Below, piece after piece: positions 26,757 through 36,658 of a stretch of 64,000 nucleotides of DNA; position 1 is the stretch's first letter; every line of letters starts with the position of its first letter. Origin of the DNA: Candidatus Woesearchaeota archaeon (GTDB taxonomy: Archaea; Nanobdellota; Nanobdellia; Pacearchaeales; GW2011-AR1); NCBI GenBank assembly GCA_964366325.1, contig CAYITD010000001.1, forward strand, positions 41,922 to 105,921, written 5' to 3'. A model generated the notes under the pieces. It ran no database searches, had not been told where the DNA came from, and saw nothing but the letters and a program-made list of their open reading frames with translations. A program made the position numbers and the translations under genes.

Positions 26757-27961
26757 TCACCGACTTCATAAAAATTTCCATAAAAAACATAAAGAAAAGA
26801 AAGCTTAGGTCAGCACTAACTCTTCTAGGAATATTAATATCAATAGCAACCGTTTTTACTCTAATAAGCATCTCTCTAGGTTTACAAAAGGCAGTTGAAG
26901 AGCAATTCAAACTTCTAGGTTCAGACAAATTCTTTATTCAACCAAGAGGCCAACTAGCAGGTCCTGGAACAGGAGGAGCAGTTTCACTAACAGAAAAAGA
27001 TGTAGACTTAATCAAAAAAGTTACAGGAGTTAAAGAACTATCTGCCTGGTCGGCAACAAGCGCTAAAATCGAACATGATAAAGAAATAAGATTCGTTGCA
27101 GTAGTTGGAATAGATCTAGATACCTCTGATTTATTTATTGAAACTGGAGCATACAAGGCAGAACAAGGTAGAGTGATAAAAAAAGGCGATACAAAAGATA
27201 TAATGGTCGGTTCACAATATAGCGAAAGTTTCTTTAAAAAACCAATCAAGATCGGAGACACTTTGAAAATAAACGATGAAGAATTTAAAGTTCGTGGGAT
27301 TTTGAAAACAATAGGAAATCCACAAGATGATCGTCTTATTTATATGCCTGAACCAGAATTCAGAGTTTTATTCAATGTCCCAGATAGGATAGATACAATA
27401 GTTGTCCAAGTTGTCGAGCAAGATAATTTGAAAGAAGTAGCTGATAGAGTTGACAGAAAGTTAATGAATTTCAGGAAGGTAGATGAAAAAACAAAAGACT
27501 TTACTATTCTAACTCCAGAAGAACTTCTTGAAAGTTTCGGAACTATTTTATCAGTAATAACTTCGTTTCTTTTAGGTGTAGCTGCAATATCTTTGCTAGT
27601 AGGCGGAATAGGGATAGCCAATACAGTCTACACTTCTGTTTTAGAGAGAACAAGAGAAATAGGAGTGATGAAAGCAATCGGGGCAAAAAACAAAGATGTT
27701 CTTTCAATATTTTTAATAGAGTCCGGAATTTTAGGTCTAATTGGAGGAATAATCGGAATATTATTAGGGTTGACAGTAAGCAAAACAATTGAATATATAG
27801 CAGTCAATCAATTAGGTACCACCCTGCTTCAAGCATCTTTTCCAGCCTACTTAATAATAGGCTGTCTCGTATTCTCAGTAGTCGCAGGAACGGTCTCAGG
27901 AATTTGGCCGGCTTGGAAAGGTTCAAAAATAAGGCCAGTTGAAGCTCTAAGATATGATTAG
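26753..27961 (+). CDS. second MacB/FtsX-type ABC permease
   Basis: It has the same architecture as 24698-25915, with GGIGIANTVYTSVLERTREIGVMKAIGAKNKDV and a C-terminal RPVEALRYD. Confidence 0.85.
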   Translation: MITDFIKISIKNIKKRKLRSALTLLGILISIATVFTLISISLGLQKAVEEQFKLLGSDKFFIQPRGQLAGPGTGGAVSLTEKDVDLIKKVTGVKELSAWSATSAKIEHDKEIRFVAVVGIDLDTSDLFIETGAYKAEQGRVIKKGDTKDIMVGSQYSESFFKKPIKIGDTLKINDEEFKVRGILKTIGNPQDDRLIYMPEPEFRVLFNVPDRIDTIVVQVVEQDNLKEVADRVDRKLMNFRKVDEKTKDFTILTPEELLESFGTILSVITSFLLGVAAISLLVGGIGIANTVYTSVLERTREIGVMKAIGAKNKDVLSIFLIESGILGLIGGIIGILLGLTVSKTIEYIAVNQLGTTLLQASFPAYLIIGCLVFSVVAGTVSGIWPAWKGSKIRPVEALRYD

Positions 27962-27989
27962 CTAAGATAATAAGCTAAATTTTATATAG

Positions 27990-29138
27990 ATGATTCATCA
28001 ATTAAAAAACATGAGAATACTCGAGTTAACTAATTTTTCAGCAGGGGGTTGCGGAGTATTTGCAAGAGTAAAAGAAGAGTCTTTAAGACTATCCAACTTA
28101 GGTCACACAGTTAAGATATTTTCTTCAAATTTAGAGAAAGGCACTTGGAAAATAGTTGCAGAAAATGAAAAGATAGGGCGCGTGTCTATAACTAGGTTTA
28201 AGGCAAAAAGGTTAGGGGGAGAAAGTTATATTCGCTGGAATTTTGAAGAAGAAGCTCTAAGATTTAAACCAGATATAATAATAGCCCATGGATACCGACA
28301 CATACACACCCTCAAAGCAATTAAATTAAAAAATAAATTAGACTGCAAAGTAATTTTGGTGACTCATGCACCATTTGGTAGAAATAAAACTAGAAGCCAA
28401 TTAGAAAATACCGTTGTCTATCTATTTGATAATTTAATAGGAAGAAAAACGATAAATAAATTTGATAGAGTAATAGCAATAACAAAGTGGGAAATGCCAT
28501 TTCTAAAAGAAATTGGATTGAAAGAAGACAAGACTTTGTACATTCCAAATGGCATAAGAGAAAACTTTTTCAAAGATAAAAAAATAAGCAAAGAGCAAAA
28601 TAAGCTCATCTATACAGGAAGAATAGTTTCAATAAAAGATTTAGAAGTGGTTATAGAAGCTTTTGAATATCTAAAAGATAAAAAAATAATCTTTGAGTTG
28701 TTAGGCCCTGCAGATGTAAAATATCTTTTAAGCTTGATAGAGCTAGTAAAAGCCGAAGGCTTAGAGAATAAAGTTTTTTTTAATAACAGAGGATACAACA
28801 TAAAAGAGCAAATTAAGTTTTTAGATTCAGGAAAGATTTTTGTTTTACCTTCAATAAGTGAGGGGATGCCCCAAGTGTTAATAGAAGCAATGGCTAGGGG
28901 AAAGATAGTTATCTCAAGTGATAATCCTGGGTCGAAAGATTTAATTCAAAATGGAAAAAATGGTTACTTATTTAAAATAGGGGATGCGAGAGATTTAGCT
29001 GATAAAATAAACTTGGTTTCCTCAAAGAATAATACGCTTATGAAAGAAAATGCAACAAATTCCGTAAAAATCTACAGCTGGGATAAAGTAATAGAAAGTA
29101 TAGAGAAAATGCTTAATCAACTTATGAAAAAACAGTAA
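27990..29138 (+). CDS. glycosyltransferase family 4 (GT-B, GT1/4 type)
   Basis: It has SEGMPQVLIEAMARGKIVISSDNPGSKDLIQNGKNGYLF. ATG at 28011 (MRILELTNFSAGG) is the more likely start, because the TATA-like box AATTTTATATA at 27978-27988 lies 27 nt upstream of it. Confidence 0.8.
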   Translation: MIHQLKNMRILELTNFSAGGCGVFARVKEESLRLSNLGHTVKIFSSNLEKGTWKIVAENEKIGRVSITRFKAKRLGGESYIRWNFEEEALRFKPDIIIAHGYRHIHTLKAIKLKNKLDCKVILVTHAPFGRNKTRSQLENTVVYLFDNLIGRKTINKFDRVIAITKWEMPFLKEIGLKEDKTLYIPNGIRENFFKDKKISKEQNKLIYTGRIVSIKDLEVVIEAFEYLKDKKIIFELLGPADVKYLLSLIELVKAEGLENKVFFNNRGYNIKEQIKFLDSGKIFVLPSISEGMPQVLIEAMARGKIVISSDNPGSKDLIQNGKNGYLFKIGDARDLADKINLVSSKNNTLMKENATNSVKIYSWDKVIESIEKMLNQLMKKQ

Positions 29139-29192
29139 ATTTTTTGCTCAACTCAACAAAAGATTTATAATTTGACAACTTAGTCTACTAAA

Positions 29193-30335
29193 GTGGATCT
29201 ATATTACGAATTAAGAAGATATAAGGCTAAATTAATAAAAGTATTAAGAACTTTTACCTATTATTTTGAGTATCTGTTTTGGTTGATTTTTTCATTCTCA
29301 AAGTTTAAAAAATATCCAAAAATAGTAAAAAGTATCCTTGTAATTAATCATGGAGCCCTAGGAGATATTTTTTGCTCATTAAAAACAATTTACAATTTAT
29401 CTCTAAATAACCCTAAAATAAATTTATCATATCTAGTAGAGGAGCCTTTTCATCAAAACTTTAGGTTTTTAGAAAAATTAATGAAAATAAAAATAATAAC
29501 AACTAAAGAGCTTAGTGAAAAAAATTTCGATCTAACTATAATCTTTAACAGTTTTCAAAATTTAAGCAAACACCGTGATAATTTAGGTTTTTGTATAGGA
29601 AACGAGTATTCTGGAGCTAAAGGGGCGTTTTATTCTATAAGAGACTTGTTCATTAATAGAAAACAAAAACCATTGTATAGGCATAAATTAAAACAAGAAA
29701 TAGAAATAGTAAAACTTGCCGGGTTAAAAATTGGAAACACTTTGAAGGGTTTCAATAAAATTAATAATGAAAAAGTTGATAGTTTATTGAAGAAAAATAA
29801 AATAAAAGATTTTGCTATTATTCATCCTTCTGGAAGAAATTTTGCTGATATTTTAAAACAAGGCAAAATTCCTAACCTTGCATGGCCCTTTGAACGGTTC
29901 TCAGAAATAGCCGATTATTTAGCTGAAAATTATGGTTACGATGTAATTATCAGTGGGAGCAAGGAAGAAAAATTTATTGGAGACATACTGATAAACAAAT
30001 GCAAAAATAAGAAAAAAGTAATAAACTTTTCTGGAAAATTAAATATTGAAGAGCTTGCAAGTTTAGTGTCCAGAGCAAAATTAGTTTTAAGTGTGGATAC
30101 TGCAACTGCGCACATCTCTGAGTTTTTTGATGTTAAAACTGTGACTTTGTTTGGGCCGACATTTTTAGAAGAAGTCAGACCTTATGGGAGTAAAGATAAA
30201 TTTATTTCAATATGTCATCCTGAAAAATGCATTCAGGATAGAAGAAAAGGATATTGTCATGGAGACAGAAACATATGCATGGAGTCTATTAGTGTAGCCG
30301 AAGTCAAAAAAGCTATTAATAACTTAAATATTTGA
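29193..30335 (+). CDS. glycosyltransferase family 9 (heptosyltransferase-like)
   Basis: It has ILVINHGALGDIFCSL, a WPFERF region, GKLNIEELASLVSRAKLVLSVDTATAHIS and TLFGPT. The start codon is GTG. Confidence 0.7.
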   Translation: MDLYYELRRYKAKLIKVLRTFTYYFEYLFWLIFSFSKFKKYPKIVKSILVINHGALGDIFCSLKTIYNLSLNNPKINLSYLVEEPFHQNFRFLEKLMKIKIITTKELSEKNFDLTIIFNSFQNLSKHRDNLGFCIGNEYSGAKGAFYSIRDLFINRKQKPLYRHKLKQEIEIVKLAGLKIGNTLKGFNKINNEKVDSLLKKNKIKDFAIIHPSGRNFADILKQGKIPNLAWPFERFSEIADYLAENYGYDVIISGSKEEKFIGDILINKCKNKKKVINFSGKLNIEELASLVSRAKLVLSVDTATAHISEFFDVKTVTLFGPTFLEEVRPYGSKDKFISICHPEKCIQDRRKGYCHGDRNICMESISVAEVKKAINNLNI

Positions 30336-30342
30336 AATAAAC

Positions 30343-31224
30343 TTATCTGATATTTTTGTTTAAATAAATCTTGTTGAAGATGCCTTGTGTTGTTCCAAAA
30401 TAACGAACAGATATGAAGATCAACATCCAAGGTAGTAATTTAAGATACTTGTTTCTGTAGCACTTTTTAATTGATAAAAAAATTATTATTAATGGAGAAA
30501 AAAGTATTAAAAATAACGGGGCGATAAATTTTAAAATTTTAAATTTTAAAATTTTATTTTCTATAGACGCACCTATCCATATGCTTTGCTTATAGACTTC
30601 TTTAAGAGTTTCTGGGTTTTTATGATAGCAAACAGTGCCTTTAGCAATGTATGGGAGCAATTTGTATTTGATCCAAAAAGTTTGGTCATCTGCATATCCA
30701 TATTTTTGGTCAAATCCACCAAGTTTGTCAAAAACTACTTTCTTTATAGCTCTAAAAATTACAAGATCTGAAGAGTAATCTTCCTTTTGATTTGGAAGTC
30801 TTTGAACTCTAATTCTCCCCCATAGTTTTGACCAGATATTATTAACATTTGTTGCAATTTCATAACTATGTGTGGTTCCATTTAGTGCTTTGTCTAATAT
30901 AATTGGAGAGACGAGGTTGTTTATGTAGTTTTTATCAAATTCCATATCTGCATCTACAAATACTAGGATTTTTCCAGAAGATTTTTTCGCTCCAAGATTT
31001 CTTGAAAAACCAGGTCCTTTATGTTCTCCTTTTATTAGTTTTACTTTTTTTGATTTTTGTGTAAAAGATTTTACAATATCAAGAGTTTTATCTATGGAAC
31101 CATCATCAACAATGATGATTTCATACTCCTTATATGACTGTTGAAAAAGAGAAATAATACATTTTTCTATACAATTTTCCTCATTATAGGTAGGAATAAT
31201 TATGGAAACTTTTGAATTTTTCAT
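30343..31224 (-). CDS. glycosyltransferase family 2 with C-terminal TM segments
   Basis: It has VSIIIPTYNEENCIEKCI, VDDGSIDKT and VFVDADMEF. It contains a perfect 15-nt tandem duplication (KILKFKILKF). Confidence 0.8.
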   Translation of the reverse strand: MKNSKVSIIIPTYNEENCIEKCIISLFQQSYKEYEIIIVDDGSIDKTLDIVKSFTQKSKKVKLIKGEHKGPGFSRNLGAKKSSGKILVFVDADMEFDKNYINNLVSPIILDKALNGTTHSYEIATNVNNIWSKLWGRIRVQRLPNQKEDYSSDLVIFRAIKKVVFDKLGGFDQKYGYADDQTFWIKYKLLPYIAKGTVCYHKNPETLKEVYKQSIWIGASIENKILKFKILKFIAPLFLILFSPLIIIFLSIKKCYRNKYLKLLPWMLIFISVRYFGTTQGIFNKIYLNKNIR

Positions 31225-31502
31225 TGACTTACTTAGTTATACTCAGATTAATAAGACTTTTGTTTGCAAAATATTTTATGACTTAAAGATATTATGAATT
31301 TAAGAGGGTTGCTGATGCTTTTATAAATAAGTTTCAGTAACTACAAGGTAAAATTTCATTATAGACAATTTCGTGGCTTATATGACTCAAATCGAAATTG
31401 CCTTATTAGAGAATTCTGGCTAAAATGTCATATCTCCTCCAGAATTATCTATAGAAATAGTTAACTTCTAGATGACTTTGATAACTATTAGTTCCTCTTC
31501 TT

Positions 31503-32198
31503 TCAAAATTCCTTATATTTAGTTTTATCTTCCACATTCGCCCAATAAAATCCTTCTTTTCTAAGCATGCAAGCCAAACAAGTTCCACAATGTTTTTCAG
31601 AAGAAGTGTAACAGCTGCAGGTTTTTTCTAAATTAACTCCTAATTTTTTACCCAAAAGGATTATATCTTCTTTATCTTTTTTTATTAAAGGTGCAATTAC
31701 TTTATACTTTCCAAAAGTAGATTCATAGCTTATTTTGTTTATTAAATTAACAAATTTTTGTGTTGCATCAGGGAAACATTCTTTTCCATCATTTTTAAAA
31801 CCCGTGAATATATCATATTTATTTTTCTCTCTTATATCCAGAGATTCAGCCAATGCCAGAGAATAGGATAAGAAAATAAGGTTTCTACAAGGAACATACC
31901 AATTTTTACTTTCTTCCTTTGTATTTTTTAAATCTTCTTTTTCAAGTTTTTTATGCGCAATTTCAACGTTTATTAGAGAATTTGAAATGTTAGATATTTC
32001 TTTAATATCAATTTCAATGAAATTAGCATTTAATTCTTCTGCGCATAATTTAGAAGCTTTTCTTTCAGGCTTTAAGCTTCTCTGTCCATAATTAAAGAAT
32101 AATATCTTAAGTTTTTCATAGTTTCTTAATTTTTTAACATAAAAGGCTGTAACCACACTGTCCATTCCACCAGAGCATAAAATTATAGCATTTTTCAT
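31503..32198 (-). CDS. queC: 7-cyano-7-deazaguanine synthase
   Basis: It has the PP-loop ILCSGGMDSVV and the C-terminal zinc motif CYTSSEKHCGTCLACMLR. Confidence 0.85.
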   Translation of the reverse strand: MKNAIILCSGGMDSVVTAFYVKKLRNYEKLKILFFNYGQRSLKPERKASKLCAEELNANFIEIDIKEISNISNSLINVEIAHKKLEKEDLKNTKEESKNWYVPCRNLIFLSYSLALAESLDIREKNKYDIFTGFKNDGKECFPDATQKFVNLINKISYESTFGKYKVIAPLIKKDKEDIILLGKKLGVNLEKTCSCYTSSEKHCGTCLACMLRKEGFYWANVEDKTKYKEF

Positions 32199-32248
32199 CT
32201 ATTGGTTAAACTAACAAACTTTAAAAGTTTGCTTTTTCTACTTTTAAA

Positions 32249-32446
32249 ATGAAAAAGAAAGCAATAGACCTGAAGAAAGGCGATAAAATTATAGTTGCAG
32301 GAAGGAAGTTTAAAATAGAGGAGATAGAAGTCTCAGATATAGGAAAACAAGGTACTAAAAAAGTAAGACTCGTCGCAATTTCAGACTTGGGAGAAAAAAT
32401 TGTTTTAATAAGGCCTGAAGAATATACTTTTGAAACAGAAAAATGA
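32249..32446 (+). CDS. aIF5A N-terminal-domain-like mini-protein (65 aa)
   Basis: LKKGDKIIVAGRKFKIEEIEVSDIGKQGTKKVRLVAISDLGEK aligns by eye to aIF5A LK.G.yv.idg.Pc.I..i.vSKpGKHG.AKaRv.g..iF. The GK.G lysine is retained. The C-terminal OB domain is absent. Confidence 0.4.
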   Translation: MKKKAIDLKKGDKIIVAGRKFKIEEIEVSDIGKQGTKKVRLVAISDLGEKIVLIRPEEYTFETEK

Positions 32447-33348
32447 TTGATATAATTATAACTTCTTATAAAGAACCCAAAGCTACCCTAAATGCAGTGA
32501 GATCAATCTACAATCAAAAAATAACAACAAAGTTCAGAGTGATCGTTGTTGACCCTTTTCCAGAAACTGAGAAATTCTTAAAAAAGAATATAAAAAATAA
32601 AAACTTTGTTTTCTCTCTCGATCCTGGAGAAGGCAAAAGCTATGCTTTAAATTTGCTTTTTCAAGAATATGGATCAGCAAATGAAAATGATATTTTTATA
32701 TTAACTGATGGGGATGTTAAAATATCCGAGAATTCAGTTTCAGAAATATTAAAAATTTTTAAAGATAAAAAAGTAGGGTGTGTTACAGGAAAGCCAGTTT
32801 CTATAGACTCAAGGAGTACAAAATATGGTTATTGGTCCCATTTTCTATTTTCAGGCATAGATAGAGCAAGAAGAAATTTAGCTGAAAATAAGAAGTTTTT
32901 TGAATGTTCTGGCTACCTTTTTGCATTAAGAAAAGGCTTGATTTTAGATTTTCCTCTTGAAACTTCAGAGGATTCTATAATTCCTTACATAATATGGGAA
33001 AAAAAGTATAATATTGATTATGCTGATAAAGCAGAAGTTTATGTTAAAAATCCCTCAAATTGGAAAGACTGGGTTAATCAAAAAGTAAGAAATATAAAAG
33101 CACATGAAAATTTGAATAAATTAGCCCCAGACATGCCCAGAACAAAATCTTTTTTCAATGAGATTAAAAAAGGATGGTTTTTTCTTTTTATCTATCCAAA
33201 AAATGTAAAAGAAGTATATTGGACGATCCAACTATATTTCGCTCGTATTTATGTCTATTTTAAAGCATTTTACGAAATGAAATTAGATAAGAAGTATAGA
33301 GATGGATGGCGAGAAATTGAAACACCTTCTACCAAACCGTTAGATTGA
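32443..33348 (+). CDS. glycosyltransferase family 2
   Basis: It has IDIIITSYKEPKATLNAVRSI and LTDGDVKI. It has an ATGA overlap with the upstream mini-ORF. Confidence 0.7.
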   Translation: MIDIIITSYKEPKATLNAVRSIYNQKITTKFRVIVVDPFPETEKFLKKNIKNKNFVFSLDPGEGKSYALNLLFQEYGSANENDIFILTDGDVKISENSVSEILKIFKDKKVGCVTGKPVSIDSRSTKYGYWSHFLFSGIDRARRNLAENKKFFECSGYLFALRKGLILDFPLETSEDSIIPYIIWEKKYNIDYADKAEVYVKNPSNWKDWVNQKVRNIKAHENLNKLAPDMPRTKSFFNEIKKGWFFLFIYPKNVKEVYWTIQLYFARIYVYFKAFYEMKLDKKYRDGWREIETPSTKPLD

Positions 33349-33412
33349 TTGGTCTTTAACCTAAAAAACAAATCTATGAAATAATTAAAAACCCTTTACT
33401 TTTAATATTCCA

Positions 33413-34426
33413 ATGGACAATATTTTAGTTATAAAACTCGGAGCTTTAGGAGATGTAGTAAGAACTTTATCAGTTGTGAAGGCTATAAAGCAGTCAAATA
33501 AAGGTTCAAAAATTACTTGGGTAGCTAAAGAGGAATCTAGAGAGCTTCTAGAGAATGTTAATTTCATAAATTCAGTTCATAGTTACCCTTTCAAAAAAGA
33601 TATGCATTTTGACTTTCTCTACAATTTTGATATTGAAGATTCAGCAACAGAATTAGCAAGTAAAATAAATGCTGGCAAAAAGTATGGATTTTACAAAAAG
33701 GATGGTTTTTTACAATCTTTCAACCTTGGCTCCGAGTATTATCTAAACACAGTATTTGATGATGAACTAAAAAAATCAAATAAAAAAACTTACCAGGAAA
33801 TGATGTTTGAAGTTGCTGAGTTAAAGTATAAAAAAGAATTGGTTGAAATATCTGTACCAGAAAAATACAAAAAATATTCCTCCGATTTTATTAAAAGAAA
33901 CAATATAAAAAAGGGTAATTTAATAGGTATTCACACAGGTGCTTCAATAAGATGGCCTTCCAAGTCTTGGGCAGAAAATAAAATAATAGAATTTATAAAA
34001 AAATTAAAAAATAGTGGTTATCAAGTTTTACTTTTTGGTGGTTTTAATGAAGTAGAAAGAAACAGAAGAATAGAGATAGAGTTAAATAATTCAGGGATAT
34101 CTATTTATAAGAACGATCCAAATAATTCTTCTCTTGAATTTATTTCTCTTGTCAGTTTGTGCAAATTCATGGTTTGTGCTGATAGTTTTGCTCTTCATGT
34201 AGCTTTGGCACTAAGAAAGTCTACAATAGGTTTATTTTTTTGTACTTCTCCAAAAGAAGTAGAGTCTTACGGCCTATTAAAAAAATTAATCTCTCCAAAG
34301 TTAAATGATTTTTTCCCTGCAAGAATGAACGAATATGACGAAGATTTAACAAATAGTATTTCAGTAGATGAGGCATTTAAAGCAATAATCAATTTAAATG
34401 GTAGTTCAACTGGTAAGTCTACCTAG
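33413..34426 (+). CDS. glycosyltransferase family 9 (heptosyltransferase-like)
   Basis: It has ILVIKLGALGDVVRTL, IRWPSKSW and LVSLCKFMVCADSFALHVALAL. Confidence 0.7.
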   Translation: MDNILVIKLGALGDVVRTLSVVKAIKQSNKGSKITWVAKEESRELLENVNFINSVHSYPFKKDMHFDFLYNFDIEDSATELASKINAGKKYGFYKKDGFLQSFNLGSEYYLNTVFDDELKKSNKKTYQEMMFEVAELKYKKELVEISVPEKYKKYSSDFIKRNNIKKGNLIGIHTGASIRWPSKSWAENKIIEFIKKLKNSGYQVLLFGGFNEVERNRRIEIELNNSGISIYKNDPNNSSLEFISLVSLCKFMVCADSFALHVALALRKSTIGLFFCTSPKEVESYGLLKKLISPKLNDFFPARMNEYDEDLTNSISVDEAFKAIINLNGSSTGKST

Positions 34427-34511
34427 GGCAGAAAAAGTTATCAAGAATTAAAAAAATGTCTATAAAATATAGAGTATAAATATTCTAAATTCTCAAAAAG
34501 ACAAAACAGTG

Positions 34512-35447
34512 CTATAGAGATTCTCTGTATACTTGAACGGTTTTTTTAATTCCCTCTTCCAGATAAGTTTTAGCTTTAAACCCAAACTCTTTATCTGCTT
34601 TTGAAGTATCCAAACACCTTCTAGGTTGTCCGTTTGGTTTTGAAGTATCCCAAACAATTTTTCCTTTAAATCCAACTATCTCTGCAATCATTTTTGCCAG
34701 ATCCTTAATTGAAATCTCTATACCTGAACCAAGATTAACTGGTTCAACTTTTTCATATTTCTCTGTTGCTAAAATAACGCCTTCAGCAGCATCTTCAACA
34801 TAAAGAAATTCTCTAGTGGGCGTGCCATCTCCCCAAAGAACAATACATTCTTCCTTATTTTCTATAGCCTCAAAACATTTCTTTATCAAAGCAGGTATAA
34901 CGTGGCTAGATTCAGGATTGAAGTTGTCTCCAGGACCATAAAGGTTAACAGGGAGTAAAAAAATAGAATTAAAACCATATTGTTTTTTGTATGCCTGACT
35001 CTGAACTAAGAGCATTTTTTTTGCCAGCCCATAAGGCGCATTCGTTTCTTCAGGATAACCATTCCATAAATCTTCTTCTTTAAATGGGATAGGTGTAAAT
35101 TTTGGATATGCGCAAATGGTCCCCACTGCCACAAATTTTTCTACCCCGTTTTTTCTAGATTCTTCTATTAACTGTACACCCATCAATAAATTATCATAAA
35201 ACAAAGATCCAGGGTTGTTCAGGTTATATCCTATTCCTCCAACATTTGCAGCTAAGTGAATTATAATATTAGGAGAAAAATGTTTAAACAGCTTTTTTAT
35301 GTCCTCAATATTTCTTAAATCATAATCTTTTTTTCTTGGTATAAAAATCATTTCCTTTTTTATTCCTCTTTCAATCAATTTTTTTACAACAAAGTTTCCT
35401 AAGAAGCCACCACCACCAGTAACAATTATTTTTTTATTTTCAAACAT
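34512..35447 (-). CDS. fcl: GDP-L-fucose synthase family (GDP-4-keto-6-deoxymannose 3,5-epimerase/4-reductase; a ColC-type function is also possible)
   Basis: It has [23 protein letters not shown] (YxxxK), NLYGPGDNF and [10 protein letters not shown]. Confidence 0.8.
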   Translation of the reverse strand: MFENKKIIVTGGGGFLGNFVVKKLIERGIKKEMIFIPRKKDYDLRNIEDIKKLFKHFSPNIIIHLAANVGGIGYNLNNPGSLFYDNLLMGVQLIEESRKNGVEKFVAVGTICAYPKFTPIPFKEEDLWNGYPEETNAPYGLAKKMLLVQSQAYKKQYGFNSIFLLPVNLYGPGDNFNPESSHVIPALIKKCFEAIENKEECIVLWGDGTPTREFLYVEDAAEGVILATEKYEKVEPVNLGSGIEISIKDLAKMIAEIVGFKGKIVWDTSKPNGQPRRCLDTSKADKEFGFKAKTYLEEGIKKTVQVYRESL

Positions 35448-35451
35448 TTTA

Positions 35452-36507
35452 CTAATACACCATTTTTTTATTTTTTAATGTATCTAGATCAGACTCTACC
35501 ATTAATTTTACTAGTTCTTTGAATTTTGTTTTAGCCTTCCAGCCAAAAAGCTTATTAGCTTTACTTGAATCTCCACAAAGGTATTCCACCTCCGTAGGCC
35601 GAAAATATTTTTTATCTATCTCTATTATAATTTTTCCGCTATCAACATCTATTCCTTTTTCGTCTGGCCCTTTACCTTCCCATTTTAAAGTTATCCCAAG
35701 GTTTTTTGCAGATTCTTCTACAAAATCCCTTACACTATGTGCTTCTCCAGTAGCAATTACATAATCATCTGGTTTGTCTTGCTGCAACATTAGCCACATT
35801 GACTCAACATACTCTTTTGCATATCCCCAATCTCTGTTCGCATCAATATTTCCTAAGAACAATTTTTCTTGTAGACCTAATTTAATCTTACATAAACCAA
35901 TAGTTATTTTTCTAGACACAAAAGTTTGTCCTCTTCTTGGAGACTCGTGGTTGAACAAAATACCATTACAAGTAAAAATCTTATAAGCTTCTCTATAATT
36001 TTTAGTTATCCAGTGCCCATATAATTTAGCAGCTGCATAGGGGCTTCTAGGGTTAAACTGAGTATTTTCATTTACTGCATGGTTATAAATGCCCCCATAC
36101 AATTCGGAAGTAGAAGCTTGATAGAATTTAACTTTGCTTGTCATTTCTAAGATTCTTATAGCTTCCAAGACTCTTAATACTCCCAAGGCGTCAGCATTTG
36201 CAGTGTATTCTGGAGTCTCGAAAGAAACTTTAACATGGCTTTGAGCTCCTAAGTTATAAATTTCATCGGGACGCACTTCTTGTAGTATTCTAATTATATT
36301 AGTAGAATCAGTTAAGTCTCCATAATGAAGATAGAAATGTTTGCTCTGATGAATGTCATTATATAAATGATCTATTCTCCAAGTATTGAATGTACTTGCT
36401 CTTCTTATCATTCCGTGAACTTCATAACCTTTTTCAAGTAAAAATTCAGCTAGGTAAGACCCATCTTGTCCAGTTATCCCTATAATCAATGCCTTTTTTT
36501 TATCCAT
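35452..36507 (-). CDS. gmd: GDP-mannose 4,6-dehydratase
   Basis: It has [57 protein letters not shown] and RDWGYA. Confidence 0.9.
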   Translation of the reverse strand: MDKKKALIIGITGQDGSYLAEFLLEKGYEVHGMIRRASTFNTWRIDHLYNDIHQSKHFYLHYGDLTDSTNIIRILQEVRPDEIYNLGAQSHVKVSFETPEYTANADALGVLRVLEAIRILEMTSKVKFYQASTSELYGGIYNHAVNENTQFNPRSPYAAAKLYGHWITKNYREAYKIFTCNGILFNHESPRRGQTFVSRKITIGLCKIKLGLQEKLFLGNIDANRDWGYAKEYVESMWLMLQQDKPDDYVIATGEAHSVRDFVEESAKNLGITLKWEGKGPDEKGIDVDSGKIIIEIDKKYFRPTEVEYLCGDSSKANKLFGWKAKTKFKELVKLMVESDLDTLKNKKMVY

Positions 36508-36658
36508 AATTACTCTTCAAGGAACAGATTTAAAAATATATCCATATTTCAGTTACTTGCAAATAAAGGTTTTAACTTTTATTTTTAAACAAATTATTTT
36601 AATTTTTGGTAAAAAAACACAAACCTTAAGAATCGATCATTATTGGTATTCATAATGT

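Noticed and set aside
25369-27788. Minus-strand ORFs in the track (25369..25773, 26183..26383, 26653..26928, 26938..27261, 27340..27621, 27543..27788) lie antisense to the ABC permease and small-protein genes.
   Set aside because: They lie entirely inside strongly supported plus-strand genes with clear family motifs. Their low-complexity, Ser/Leu/Phe-rich translations are typical shadow ORFs.
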